Part shown: positions 13,325 to 24,709 of the stretch, one piece after another
How positions within the stretch are numbered: position 1 is the stretch's first letter
How the letters are laid out: every line of letters starts with the position of its first letter
NCBI GenBank assembly: GCA_047495785.1
Contig: JBLDXI010000003.1
Span: 3,658,001-3,722,000, forward strand
Length of the DNA: 64,000 bases
Direction: 5' to 3'
DNA from: Lepidodermella squamata
Taxonomy: Eukaryota; Animalia; Gastrotricha
Program-made: the position numbers and the translations under genes
Notes under the pieces: model-generated
Seen by the model: only the letters and a program-made list of their open reading frames with translations
What the model was told of the DNA's origin: nothing
Database searches by the model: none

Positions 13325-13959
13325 GCGCCGTGTCTTCCAGCATATTATTGCAATCGAAGGAAAAACCACACCTGCTGATTTACGTGGCTAATGTGCCTTT
13401 TATATCTTGAAATTTTTATGGATGATTTTTGTGCATGGGATCGTTCTATATATATTTACTTGTTGACAATTCGATTTTATGACAATCTTGTAAACTGCGT
13501 TCAATGTTCATCTTTGAATTTTAACAAAATGTGCGCAATAAAACCAGCAATTTTGAGAACTTTGAGTTTTTTTTTAGCGGTTTAGCAAATCAGCTACAGC
13601 CTTACAAAAAAATTGCACGTGAATAAATAATGATTCATATAACCCGTGGCAAACAAATAAGCTGTTCAACTTTAAATGAAAAAATTTAAGGTGATCATAC
13701 GCAAGTAGTCCGCCGTACTTGCGTCATACCTAACCAGAAAACATGTTTGCGTAACATTGCTGGCTTCGTTTCCATCGTTCCAATAGTTTGAAAATTGGCA
13801 ACAACAAGGCGATATCGATGCCAACTGCCGCAAAAACTGGCCTTTCCAACGGTATATAAACACTGCAGGAATGGCTTACAGGCATCAAGCAACAATTTTT
13901 CAATTCAAAGCAATTCAAAGCTAATTTTCTCAATTTCAACTTGAATTTCAAGCTCCATC

Positions 13960-15030
13960 ATGCAATCTAATATTGCCAATTCGATAATATTGATTCTGGC
14001 CGCGTCTGCTTTAGTTGGTGAGTTACCCTGCTCGATAGCGTGCTTCCTCGTATAAACTGTTTATCTTTCAACAGGTGCAGCTCCGGTCCAAGATGATAAA
14101 GACTGGGACGATTTCAAGAGCGAAGCCAAGTACAACAATGCCGCCGAGGAGAGCCTCCGACGTGAAATTTTCCGCAAGAACAAGGCCGAAATCGAGAGGC
14201 ACAACGCCAGGAAAGACGTCTCGTTCCAAATGGGCATCAATTCGATGGCGGACAAAACTCAGGCTGAAATCGCTAGCCAACGCCTTGGTCTGAGGGTTCC
14301 TCTTGGCGAACAGCAGCTTCTGGTCGGGGCTGCCAATCCAGTTATCGAACAGACCTTGGTTGCTGCCCTTCCGGCTTCATTGGACTTGCGAACCAAGGGC
14401 GCTGTGACCCCCGTTAAGAACCAGGGTTCGTGCGGGTCCTGCTGGGCCTTCTCCGCTACCGGAGCCCTCGAAGGCCGTTTCAAGTTGAAGTCCGGCAGCT
14501 TGGTGTCGCTTTCCGAGCAGAACCTCATGGACTGTTCTTACTCGTACGGCAACAATGCCTGCAACGGCGGTTGGATGAACTCAGCCTTCAACTACGTCAA
14601 AAGCGTCAATGGCCTTAATACAGGCGCTGCCTACCCCTACAAGGCTGTCAGCAGTACCAGCTGCAAGCTGAACAGCAGTGCAGGTGCTCTATTCGCCAAG
14701 ATCACCGGCTACACCAGTGTACAGGCCAACAACGAGACAGCTCTGATGGTCGCCCTGCAAAACGGCCCAGTTTCGGTTGCGATCGATGCTGGCAAGAGTT
14801 CGTTCAGTTACTACAAATCCGGCGTCTATTCCGAACCGCTTTGCTCGACCAGTGTCAATCATGGCGTTCTGGTCGTTGGCTACGGCACGGACTCTGTTTC
14901 CGGAAAGCCCTATTGGCTGGTCAAGAACAGCTGGGGCACGGGCTGGGGCGAGTCGGGCTACATTCGCATGGCCCGTGGCTCGAACAACTGCCAGATTCTT
15001 TCTTACCCGAGCTACCCCAACATGGCCTGA
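13960..15030 (+). CDS. CTSL: Cathepsin L-like papain-family cysteine protease (preproenzyme), 2 exons
   Basis: Signal peptide, ERFNIN-type prodomain (EESLRREIFRKNKAEIERHN), QGSCGSCWAFS, NHGVLVVGYG, YWLVKNSWG. Confidence 0.95.
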
Positions 15031-16099
15031 ATTAGCTGTTTTTGGTCGAACATAGCATATTTAATTTGACATTTTTGTGATAATTTACACATTATTCAAT
15101 AATTTATATAAAGATTGTTTTAGATTTGTTTCAATAAATTTCGAACCATTGTAAATTGTAATAATTCATTTCCCGATTTATTTCGATTTGGAAATTTTTT
15201 TACGAATTCAAACTAATTTTTTTAAATTGAGCCCCAACCATTTATCCACGATTTTTCGAAAAAAATAAAAAATTTACCGGAGATAAATACTGAAAACCTC
15301 GATGGTAACTGTTTCGGTAATTTTCGGTTTTTACCCGGTTGGATCAAATCTCTTCGTATCTCTTTTATATTATTTATACCCTTCATGGCTCTTAGGAAAT
15401 TCGTGTATAATGACGTCAGTATATTTAGGATTTTATGTACAAACAATGAATCATGCTATCAGTTTTCATAAAATAATATAATCAGCTCTTGTCTTTTTGT
15501 CAGACTTTTCAAGCCGAGTAATGATATACCCATCGGGGCCCATCATGTGCTAGAATTTGCGCGGCTGTTTGTTCAGCAAGCCTTGGCGCCGTTTTTATCA
15601 TCAAAGACAAGCTCGCCGCTCAAGATCGCGCGTATTTTTATGCCACCCTACGTTATTGAATATACCTAACGAGCATGCGGCTCAGTGACATTACAGGTGC
15701 AATCTTTCCCCCTATGTACAACCTATGTGTTTATCCAAAAGAAATACTACTAGGTATTATATAATAATACATAACACACTGCTCGTTGGTCGCCTAATGG
15801 AGCACGTGCGTTTCACTATAGCAGGGTCTAGTACTACCCAACCTTATATATATACTAATAATGTTACAAAATTTGACAACGGGATGATTCATTAATTTTC
15901 CACACGTGTGCATAGCGCTGAAAAATTCCACGTTCTATTTCGGGTGTGATTGAGGCTTCTCGTGTTGCTGATTAATTTCCGAGAAATGCTAGGTCACATT
16001 TGGCCAATTACCAAATAATTTCCGGGGTATATATAACACATCAGAATTGCTACATGTGGTAGCATTATCTAATGTTACTTGACAATTTTGGTTTGATAG

Positions 16100-17237
16100 A
16101 TGGCTTATCAATTCGCGGCAATCTTAATTGTCCTTCTCGGTTTGGCAGTGATGGAAGTTGCACCGCAAAAATCTATCAAATCAATTGGCCAAAGTATGAT
16201 TTTCGTCACCAGTGATTCTTGAGTCGTAACGCGTCTTTTTCAGCTTGTGATCCATCGGGCTCTGATTGCGGGAAAAATGCGGTCTGTGACCAAGTCGAGC
16301 CGTGTAAAATGGGCCGGTGCGCGTGTATTTCGACCAGATATCGCCCAATTACAGGGTCGAACTCTACGACAGATTGCGCCCTAATCCTCGACGTCGGCGC
16401 CTCGTGCAATGACAGCGATGCCTCACTTCTGCCTCCATTTTCTTCCTGCATCAACTCCACAGTCACTTGTCAAGCAAAAGTGAGAATTTCATGCGATCAA
16501 CGATTTTTAAGGCTAATTTTTCTATTTTTTAGTCAAGCGATGGTAACTGTAAAGCAAGCAATGTTGTTGATAAATTTGGCGATAAATGCGGAAATTCGAC
16601 AACATGTGACTCTAGTCGAGGCTTGGTTTGCGGCAGTAACGGTCTCTGCGAGTGTTTACCGAACATGGCGCCTCAGAGTGACAGTTCATGCCGCACAGCC
16701 GGGTTCGCCGAGCCGTGTCTGACGCAGCAAGAATGCACGTATCCAGCTCTGGGAAATTCCCCATCGTCGTCGGCTTCAGTCTGCGACGGCGTGGGTGAAG
16801 CGTCGAAGAAGTGCTCATGTGACTGGAATAACAACTCGACGGAAAATTTTAAGACACGCGTCGTAATTTTCGGATTTCCAATCCCGTATCGGGCGAGTTT
16901 CAAACTGGCGCCACGGGGTGTCTGTCTGCGGATCCCGAGGGCGTCGAATGGGGAGTTGAGGCTGAATGACAACTGCAGTGTGCCGACTTTCGAGGCGTTC
17001 GGAGATCCGAAGAGCAAGAACCCGATGCCGGATGCCTTCTGTGATTGGGTCATGAACTTTGCATGCGTGCACTGCCCTGAAGATGGCGATGCAGATCTGT
17101 TCGCTGGGAAATGCCGTAGTCTCATACTACCGACTACACTGCAAACCCTTGACGGGCGGAAGTCGTCGTCTTCAATGTTAACAGCAGCAAAACTATACAC
17201 AGTTATTATCTCATTATTATTGATTTACTTCAGGTAG
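16100..17237 (+). CDS. Secreted/GPI-anchored cysteine-rich (EB-module-like) protein, 3 exons
   Basis: Signal peptide MAYQFAAILIVLLGLAVMEVAP, repeated C-x-C/CEC/CSC modules, hydrophobic C-terminus; introns near 16194-16242 and 16480-16532. Confidence 0.7.
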
Positions 17238-17270
17238 TTATATTTAGAGTAAATTTAACGAGTAGATGCA

Positions 17271-17430
17271 TCAGCCGATGAATACACTTCTCTTTGAATT
17301 CCTCGTTGAAAGCTTTCAGAGCCGTTATGATTTTTCGAAGCCTGTTGGCGGATACATATCAAGTCAATGGCTAGTGAATTCGTTTCTTGGCGATTTGGCT
17401 AGTGCTTCAATTTCTTTCAGGCGATTTGCG
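17271..17430 (-). pseudogene. Decayed, frameshifted duplicate of the CARD-encoding 3' end of the NPC1-like gene
   Basis: Reads KEIEALAK / ETNSLAID / RLRKIITALKAFNE in different frames and ends in TGTATTCATCGGCTGA, versus TGTATTCTTCGGCTGA at the gene's stop (17587). Confidence 0.65.
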
Positions 17431-17586
17431 CTTTGGCCAATGCTCGTAAGTTTACTGAACCATGCGGATGTTGTCCAAGACTCACTCTTCACGGAAGAGA
17501 GAAAAGAATGATCCCTTTTGTCGTCGACTTTTTCCAAAAATGCCTCTCAGTAGTATCGCTTTATTCCAGGAGCTTGGGCATTCCGG

Positions 17587-20500
17587 TCAGCCGAAGAATA
17601 CATTTGCATCGTAGAAATTTCGAGCCCTAAGAGCATCCTCGAATTCCCTGTAAAATATTGTGATTTGAAGTCATTCGATTATTTAGATAAATTGGGATAA
17701 CTGACTTGGCATCTGCCTCATTGAAAGCTTTTAGGGCCTCCATGAATTTCGGAAGCCTATCGACGTATTTGAGCAGATACAAGTCTATAAGTCCGTCAAC
17801 AGCCAGTGAATTGGTTTCCTGTATAAAAAGAGGTTTGACACGGATGATTGAACTGCTTTGGGCATTATAACCTTAGCCTCCAAATGTTGAATCTCTTGCT
17901 GATTCACGAAATTACAGCGCAGCAGCAAATTGCGAAACGTCTTAATGCCGTCTTTCAAATCCAGTGTCGTTTGCCAATACGGTCGCCATTCGTCCTGATT
18001 AATCACATCAGCGAGTATCTTCAGCTTATTCATGGTCTCCACTCTCGGCCTGGCCGACGGCGGTGGGGGCCCATCCCTAACACCTGGAGGCCTTGCAGGG
18101 TCCGGGCTTATGGGCGGGCCATCACTAGTGCTTGCAGGCGGAGAGCCAACTTCGATCTGACCGAACTGCTGCAAATCTCTAGCGAAGGTGTTGTCTACCG
18201 TGTCATCTTCAGCCAGCATAATTGCGGTTTTCCCATCCTTATTCCGACATCTCAACCATTGCTTTCTCTCTGCGTGATTTTCTTTAAAGTGCAAAGCTGC
18301 ATATTTCAAAACGATGCCGAAGCTTTCGGGATCCTTTTTCTTGATAGCCATGATTAGGGGCGTATCCCCACCACAGCAATCTAGCCCACCACCACAGAGG
18401 CAAAACTCGTCTACAGCAGCCGGCTTTTCTTCAAGAAATTTGTCTAAGCCAGTCATGTCCTTCGAAGAAATAAGCATGAAAATCTTGTGTATGTCGTCCT
18501 GTGGCAACGTCGATCCGGCATGAGTTTTGGGAGCCGCCTGAATCGTCGTTTCACTACGAGATTTCGGCGCTTCTTCCGCCGGCTTCTTAACTGCATTTTT
18601 GACTGAACTTTGCCGTTTCCAAGTCAGAGAGAAATATGTCCCGGGCAGAATGAATCCATAGATTATCGGAATGAAGAAAGTAGCTGCAAACAACAGCCTA
18701 ACATCAGATCGCACAAATAAGGTCGCAGCAGCGAAGAGGAAGTAAGCTGGCTGTAAGTTTATCGTTTAATTGTTAACAGAAAAGTAATGGATGAAAATAC
18801 TTGCTCACCAAATGCCAGAGGAAAGAGTGCTGCCGCCCCATGCCTAGCGAATGCCGGAAGGCGACACTGTATGCGAATTGAAATGTCAAAACCACGCAAA
18901 GAATAATGTGCGATGTAGTAATCTGGCTTAACGAGCTAGCGTTGAAGCGTGTTACGGAAGTAAGGATGGCAGAAAATGAGCCAAATGTTGAAATCAAAAT
19001 GAATATCGGGTAAAACACTGCTAGTAACCACGATGCTAAATATAACTTGAAGTTATTGAGGATTCACAATTGAGGATTAAGAACTAACCTCGCGAAAAAG
19101 GTCTTTGGCTCGCGATCGGGAATGCTGACATGGTAACAAGGAAGAAAATCGCCGAGGCGGTCATAAAACCATAGTAGTAGTTGTTCCATGGGAAGCTGTG
19201 CTGAAGAAGTCTTTTCGAATGAACGGTGACCATGTAAACGTCTGAGACAGCATCTGCGATCAACGCGACATCTTTTAAAGACCGGAACCTTGCTTCGGGA
19301 TCAGAAGTCGGCTTGAAATAAGCCTCGAAAGCAATGGCTATAAATTCATGTTCAAAATTGTCTTTTCAAGTCGAACATCTCACCTTCAACTTCACCGTTG
19401 TAGTAGACCAGTCTAGAGAAGCCTGGTTGAGCACTACGTGAAGCATAATAGTCGAACAAATCATCCAGAAGGGGTAATCAATCACTCACCCAAATGGACA
19501 GTGCGGGTCTGGCTTCTGCAGCAAATATTGATGAAACAGCTGCTCGAAGTCCTCTTCCGTGGGAAGGATTTCGGGGGAATAGTCCTCACGAGCTTCGGCG
19601 CATCTCTGACACGTGCGATAACGTTCGTTAGCCCAGGAGTCTCCAGGCCTACATATCGTCCCATTCAAGTATCTGGCGCAACAAGTGCGGTACCAGTCAA
19701 TGAAACCGTCGATCGAAGAAATTTCCGCGACAGCTATACTCGAGCTAGACTGCCTTGATAACACTGCAAGTCTGTTTTGAATTGAATGTGCCTGACATCC
19801 TGGTAAGCTACAGAGGCGGTCGACAGCACTCCACATCGATAGATTCCCTTTCGGCTGGACGATGAGATAAACAACTTCTCCAATAGGAGAGTTTTCGATG
19901 AGGTAACTCAGATGCTTGCTGATATTAGAGTTCTATTTAGACAGGTATTAGTGCTCAATAGAAATGATGGCTGAATGCTGATTGCTAACCTGGGGTATCA
20001 AATCCATTGGAAGGTTCGAAAATTTCTCTTGATAAGTGCTGAAACTCGCTGCGTTCATTCCCATAGGGACCAAAAGGGCGAAGATCTTGGCGCAAAGAAA
20101 TATTTTTTAGACAAAATCACTATATAAATCGCTAATACCATTAAAGCTTTGAAGAGGTAAACAGCAATTTGAGAACCAGCACTCGTGGGGGATTTCGGAA
20201 TACGATTCCTAAGTCTATCCAGAGTTGACAGAAACAAATTATCGCCACGGATGCACTGCAAACACGTTTCTTGTAGAACCTTCAGATTACCACTATATAT
20301 TGCCTCAAACCTGCGAAAAAACAGCAGTGTACCCCATGGATACAACAACTAGAGACCAGTGGCTCAGAGTCAACAGAAATGCTGCAGCAACACATGTCAT
20401 AGCAGTATATGGGGCGTTGAAAAGCCAAGCTCCTAAACAATTTGATAAAATTGAGGAGCTTTGAGATTTATAAATACCTGGCACTAGAAATCCGATTTGT

Positions 20501-23257
20501 AGACACCTTATCAAACCGATCTTGACGTTAACGTACTGCGTAACGGCCTTCTCTAACTGAAAAAGAAAAACTGTATTCACAGTGACGAACAGAAATGTCT
20601 CGCCCTCGCCTCTTTAATTGGTGATTGCGCCAGTTGTCTTGCGGAGTAAACAACTGTAGAATCGTACTCCTGTCGAAAATATTCAGCTTTGATATTACCA
20701 TTAGACTGTCAATTATTACTGGATGTAGTTTATCGGCCTGTCCCAAGTGGAGAAGGGCATGATGAATTTCTATCATCAACATGAAGAATTCAAGCAGTTG
20801 ATTCCGATGTGGTAGAGCTAAGGCCAAGACCAGGATTTCACAGAGAGGAAGCACCAAGAGTCCGAGTACCAGACCAAGAATACCAAGCTCCGAAATGCGG
20901 CGATCTCTTATACGAATATTCGAAGCCTCAAGTTCTCTCGCCTGTCGACGTTGTCGTTTCGCTTCCTTCCACGATTGGAGAGAGGCAAAGAACGTCGGAG
21001 TCGAGCGAATTGCGACAACAAGGATTAAGCATATTATCAAAATTGCATTAAAAATGATCCCTCGTGGCCTCTCCTGCAACTCCTTATCAATATCCCGATG
21101 AAGCAGCGCCTTAATTAAGACACAGTGTTAACGATATCATTCAATGCAGATTGAAACGTACATCTGTATACCATGATTGAACGTAAGAAAATCGTTTGTT
21201 CATTTTTGCTGTTTCAAAGGTGTATTCCTTCCTGATTTCAGCATCAATAGATAAGGATAACTCATAGTAAGACGTATCACTCTCTCGCTCCTCAATCGCA
21301 AAACTAATGATTAGGCTTTGAAAGGTAGGATAATCGGTGCCTGAAAAATAGAATTAGGAGTATGAATGGCTCAATTGGAAGAGATTAACCTTTGAACCCG
21401 GCTACCACATGCCACGGATAAGTGACTTCTCCCGATCCTTTCCCAATGCAAGAAATATCTATTGGTATCCTAAAAGTTGAAATTATTCAAAAAATGTTAA
21501 TGAAATTTCAAAAGAAGATACGTGGTGCATTTAGCCATGTGGGAAACATCGTCATCAATAAAATCGACATCCTGGCTTTGCAAATAATTGAAATAGCTAT
21601 TGACAAGGCATTCGCTGTCAGCCGCCTTGTAACACATGCTCCTGATTGAAAGTTTCCCGCGGCGAAAGTCAAGGATTGCTCGCTGCAAATCTGCAACCTG
21701 CTTTCACATCGTTAGAAAATTGAAAAATGGCAAAATGATCGAACCTCAGCGAAAAAGTCGAGCTTTGAGCTGCTTGTGAGCTGTTTCATGGGGTTCACTA
21801 AAATTGTTACGTCACGATAAACCTTGCCATTCCTATAAAAAGATACAGACATAAGTTCCTGAGATTTTGGATAGTTTCTTACCGAAACAGCCGATTGAAG
21901 CGGGCCTCGTTTCCGGTTGGAAGGAACATGTTAGCTGCAGTTTCAGGGAGGAATTGATGCTTACTGGTGAAGTAGTAGACGATTGATAAAGTGAAGGCTA
22001 GCACGCTGATTATGAAGGATATTATGACAAAGAATCGATTTTTGAATTGGCTGTTTGCAAATGTCGAGAAGGCATGAGGACCACAATGATTAGCTGTGAA
22101 ATCTGATCTTGTGCTTGGCGATTGAAGCGATTGAGGCAACATGACTTCAAGCACTTCGTCCTCATTCGCAACATATTGTTGAGCATTGACTGTCGACTTC
22201 CGTGTCGTGAGGCAACAACAGCAACAACCACACCAGTTCAGAATCATGAGACCAAAAAGGACAGCCACGGAGATAGCAATGGCCCCCACTGAAAGGATGA
22301 AGATTCTATCCCATTTCTTAACCGAAGAAGGGTCACGACTTTTTAGAGGCGAAAAGCACTCTTCAGAGTTCAGGCAGTTGATACAGGAGGAGGGAAATCC
22401 TTGCCTGCGGTAGAATTTTCCAGGTTCATTACACGATCTTGCTGGCCTTGAATAGCCAGTGAACGAATTGTCATTCTTCAGCTCTTTTGGAAATGGGCCC
22501 TTGTAGCTGATTTTAAAAGTCATCGCCAGCTCATCGAGATCTTCATCTTTTTTAACTTCCAATGATCGGAAAAAATCTGAAGGCCCACATTTTCCACCTT
22601 CGCAAACAAGGTCCAGAACTGTTCGATTACTAGCCGGGAAGAAAGTATCGCTACAACTTTCGTATAGAGTTTTGGCATATTCAGGCTTCAAATAAATGAT
22701 TGCTTCCGTGACAAATGCCAGATTTTCAGCAGGGCTATGAAACAGGCCCGAATTCGGAATGGAGATGAAAGCGGATTGATTTGGGCTGCAGGCACTGTCG
22801 CAGAATAACTGCATAAGATTCTCCGAACAGGTCGGGGAAGCGTGGTATAACTCGAGAATCCTCTCGAAATACGTCATTGATAGGTAAATCAAGAATCCAT
22901 GGGGACAGCAAAGTTTACCGAGTGTTTGACTTTTACCTATTTAAGCATAAGAAACTTGAAAGTTAAAGTAATTGTGCGAGTTGAATTACCTAAAAGATGC
23001 GGGCAATATCGTCTAGCGACCATTGCAATATTCTCATCCCGACCTTTGGTTGAATTTCCAAGTGCGTTCTTTGATTTTTCCAGAACCATTACTCCATCAG
23101 ATGATTTATCCTCGTACGGATGAATCGGAGAAAAGATGCAGTAACTCCCGGCAAATCGCAAATGGGCAGCCACGGTCTGAAATGAACCCTTGAAATTTGA
23201 ACCTTAACAAATGTATTAATTATTTACCAGGAATAATATCGTCCAGCTTGGTTTCAT
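17587..23257 (-). CDS. Divergent NPC1 (Niemann-Pick C1/Patched family) protein with C-terminal ankyrin repeats and a CARD-like domain, multi-exon
   Basis: Signal MKPSWTILFL; NPC1 N-domain CSENLMQLFCDSACSPNQSAFI; middle loop CLVNSYFNYLQ; SSD-like TMs; Cys-rich loop IDGFIDWYRTCC..QKPDPHCPFG. The final TMs continue in the same ORF into GDTPLIMAI / NKDGKTAIMLA ankyrins and a CARD-like domain. Not every internal junction was verified. Confidence 0.8.
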
Positions 23258-23458
23258 AATTCAGCTTCCTTTGAGAGTGGTCATGAAACAGTGTGGAGTT
23301 CGATCGGGATTGAAAACATTCATCTTAAAAAGGCAATTAGTGCATTTTCCGACTGGTCTGCATTTTTATTGAGTTTTGACATTGGGCCAGTGCTAGACTA
23401 GATAAAAAGCCGCTATTAAAGATAAAACAGAAGCTAATGGTGTCCATTATAATCAAAA

Positions 23459-24640
23459 CTACAGTTTCTTTTCGCGAGATAACGGCGTGAATAAGCAGAA
23501 AAAGTGAAAGCGCTGCACGCACATTTTAGCTCTTCTCGCTAGTGTTTGTCTGATACCGCCACTGCCAAAGCCGAATGCGTCATCTCCTATCGTCTTACAC
23601 TGCGGGTCTTTACCACAGACGTGTCGTTTGATTTGATCTGAGAGCAGTTCAATGTTGGATTTTTGAAATCCACCTGATTGAAACTCTTCAATAAACATCT
23701 CCAGCAAAACAGTATCCCAGGTCGAAAGTGTCAATTGAACAGGGTAATAAGCGTCCAAATAGGAAAACCAGTTGGTCGGATTTTGATAAATCAACTGCTC
23801 AGTTGTCGTGTTGATACCCGGGATAAACGGGTAAAAGTCTTTACCAACATCTTTAATCACGCGAGTTGCATCTGGAAAGCAGCCAGGAGAGGTCTCTTCA
23901 TTAGAGTTCAATGTTGGGTAGTTCCCAGATTTTTGCATAGCAATCATCCTCTCTCTTGTGAAAAGAGTAACGTTCGCAAACTGGATACCAAACTTAGCCT
24001 CCTTAACAAAATGAGTGCCATAGTCTTTGACAAAGCCTTCAAATAGCTTCCGAGAGGTGTCATTATCCTTCTGATGCGGCTGGCTGAACAGGCGGTAAAC
24101 TGATCTGGAGAAATCTAGCCGCAAATGAGCTCGCTTGAAGATATTCAGCATTTTAACGCTGATTGATCGATTATGGCAGATGATATGGTTCAGATGTAAG
24201 CGTGTTTCCTGATTGAAAGAATTGTTGTATGTGCTGTACAATGAACTTCTAGAAAACGCGGTGTAGGGATTGCCAATTTCATCCGAATCGCTGTTATCCC
24301 TCAACGGATGCTCAATAGAGTAAGCCCAAGCCTTGTCATTTTCTCGAAAAATCAATTCCTTCGCGAAGCTGTTCATATCATTGTACCACTTGTTGAGCAA
24401 ACATCGGCAGTAGTTAGGGCCAGGCGCATACTCGATATCGAATAGATTGTCGTACTTCCCTGTATCTGAAGCATTTTTGACTGTTTCGAGATTGAAGGTA
24501 GGTTTGAAACTCTGCGACTCCAATGGGAAGTTTGACATGATATCATAGCCGCGACCGATGGCGTCGTAACTTTCGACGATTTCTTGAAAAATCGTACATT
24601 TCACCGTAGTAATCAACAAAGCGTAAAACAGGATTATCAT
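23459..24640 (-). CDS. Secreted MACPF-domain protein (MACPF only), intronless
   Basis: Signal peptide; IGRGYDIM; FVKDYGTHFVKEAKFG matches the MACPF signature. Confidence 0.85.
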   Translation of the reverse strand: MIILFYALLITTVKCTIFQEIVESYDAIGRGYDIMSNFPLESQSFKPTFNLETVKNASDTGKYDNLFDIEYAPGPNYCRCLLNKWYNDMNSFAKELIFRENDKAWAYSIEHPLRDNSDSDEIGNPYTAFSRSSLYSTYNNSFNQETRLHLNHIICHNRSISVKMLNIFKRAHLRLDFSRSVYRLFSQPHQKDNDTSRKLFEGFVKDYGTHFVKEAKFGIQFANVTLFTRERMIAMQKSGNYPTLNSNEETSPGCFPDATRVIKDVGKDFYPFIPGINTTTEQLIYQNPTNWFSYLDAYYPVQLTLSTWDTVLLEMFIEEFQSGGFQKSNIELLSDQIKRHVCGKDPQCKTIGDDAFGFGSGGIRQTLARRAKMCVQRFHFFCLFTPLSREKKL

Positions 24641-24709
24641 TGAATGGTTTTATTTAAAAAATGTAATGACTGGAAGCGAGATTAGTTTAGATTAATAAAA
24701 AATGACTTT

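Noticed and set aside
23337-23522. ORF with a signal-peptide-like start suggesting a MACPF-NPC1 fusion or an extra gene
   Set aside because: It needs a GTG start, overlaps the MACPF stop and terminates quickly. A better NPC1 start (MKPSWTILFL, 23257) exists, and no in-frame splice linking MACPF to NPC1 was found.
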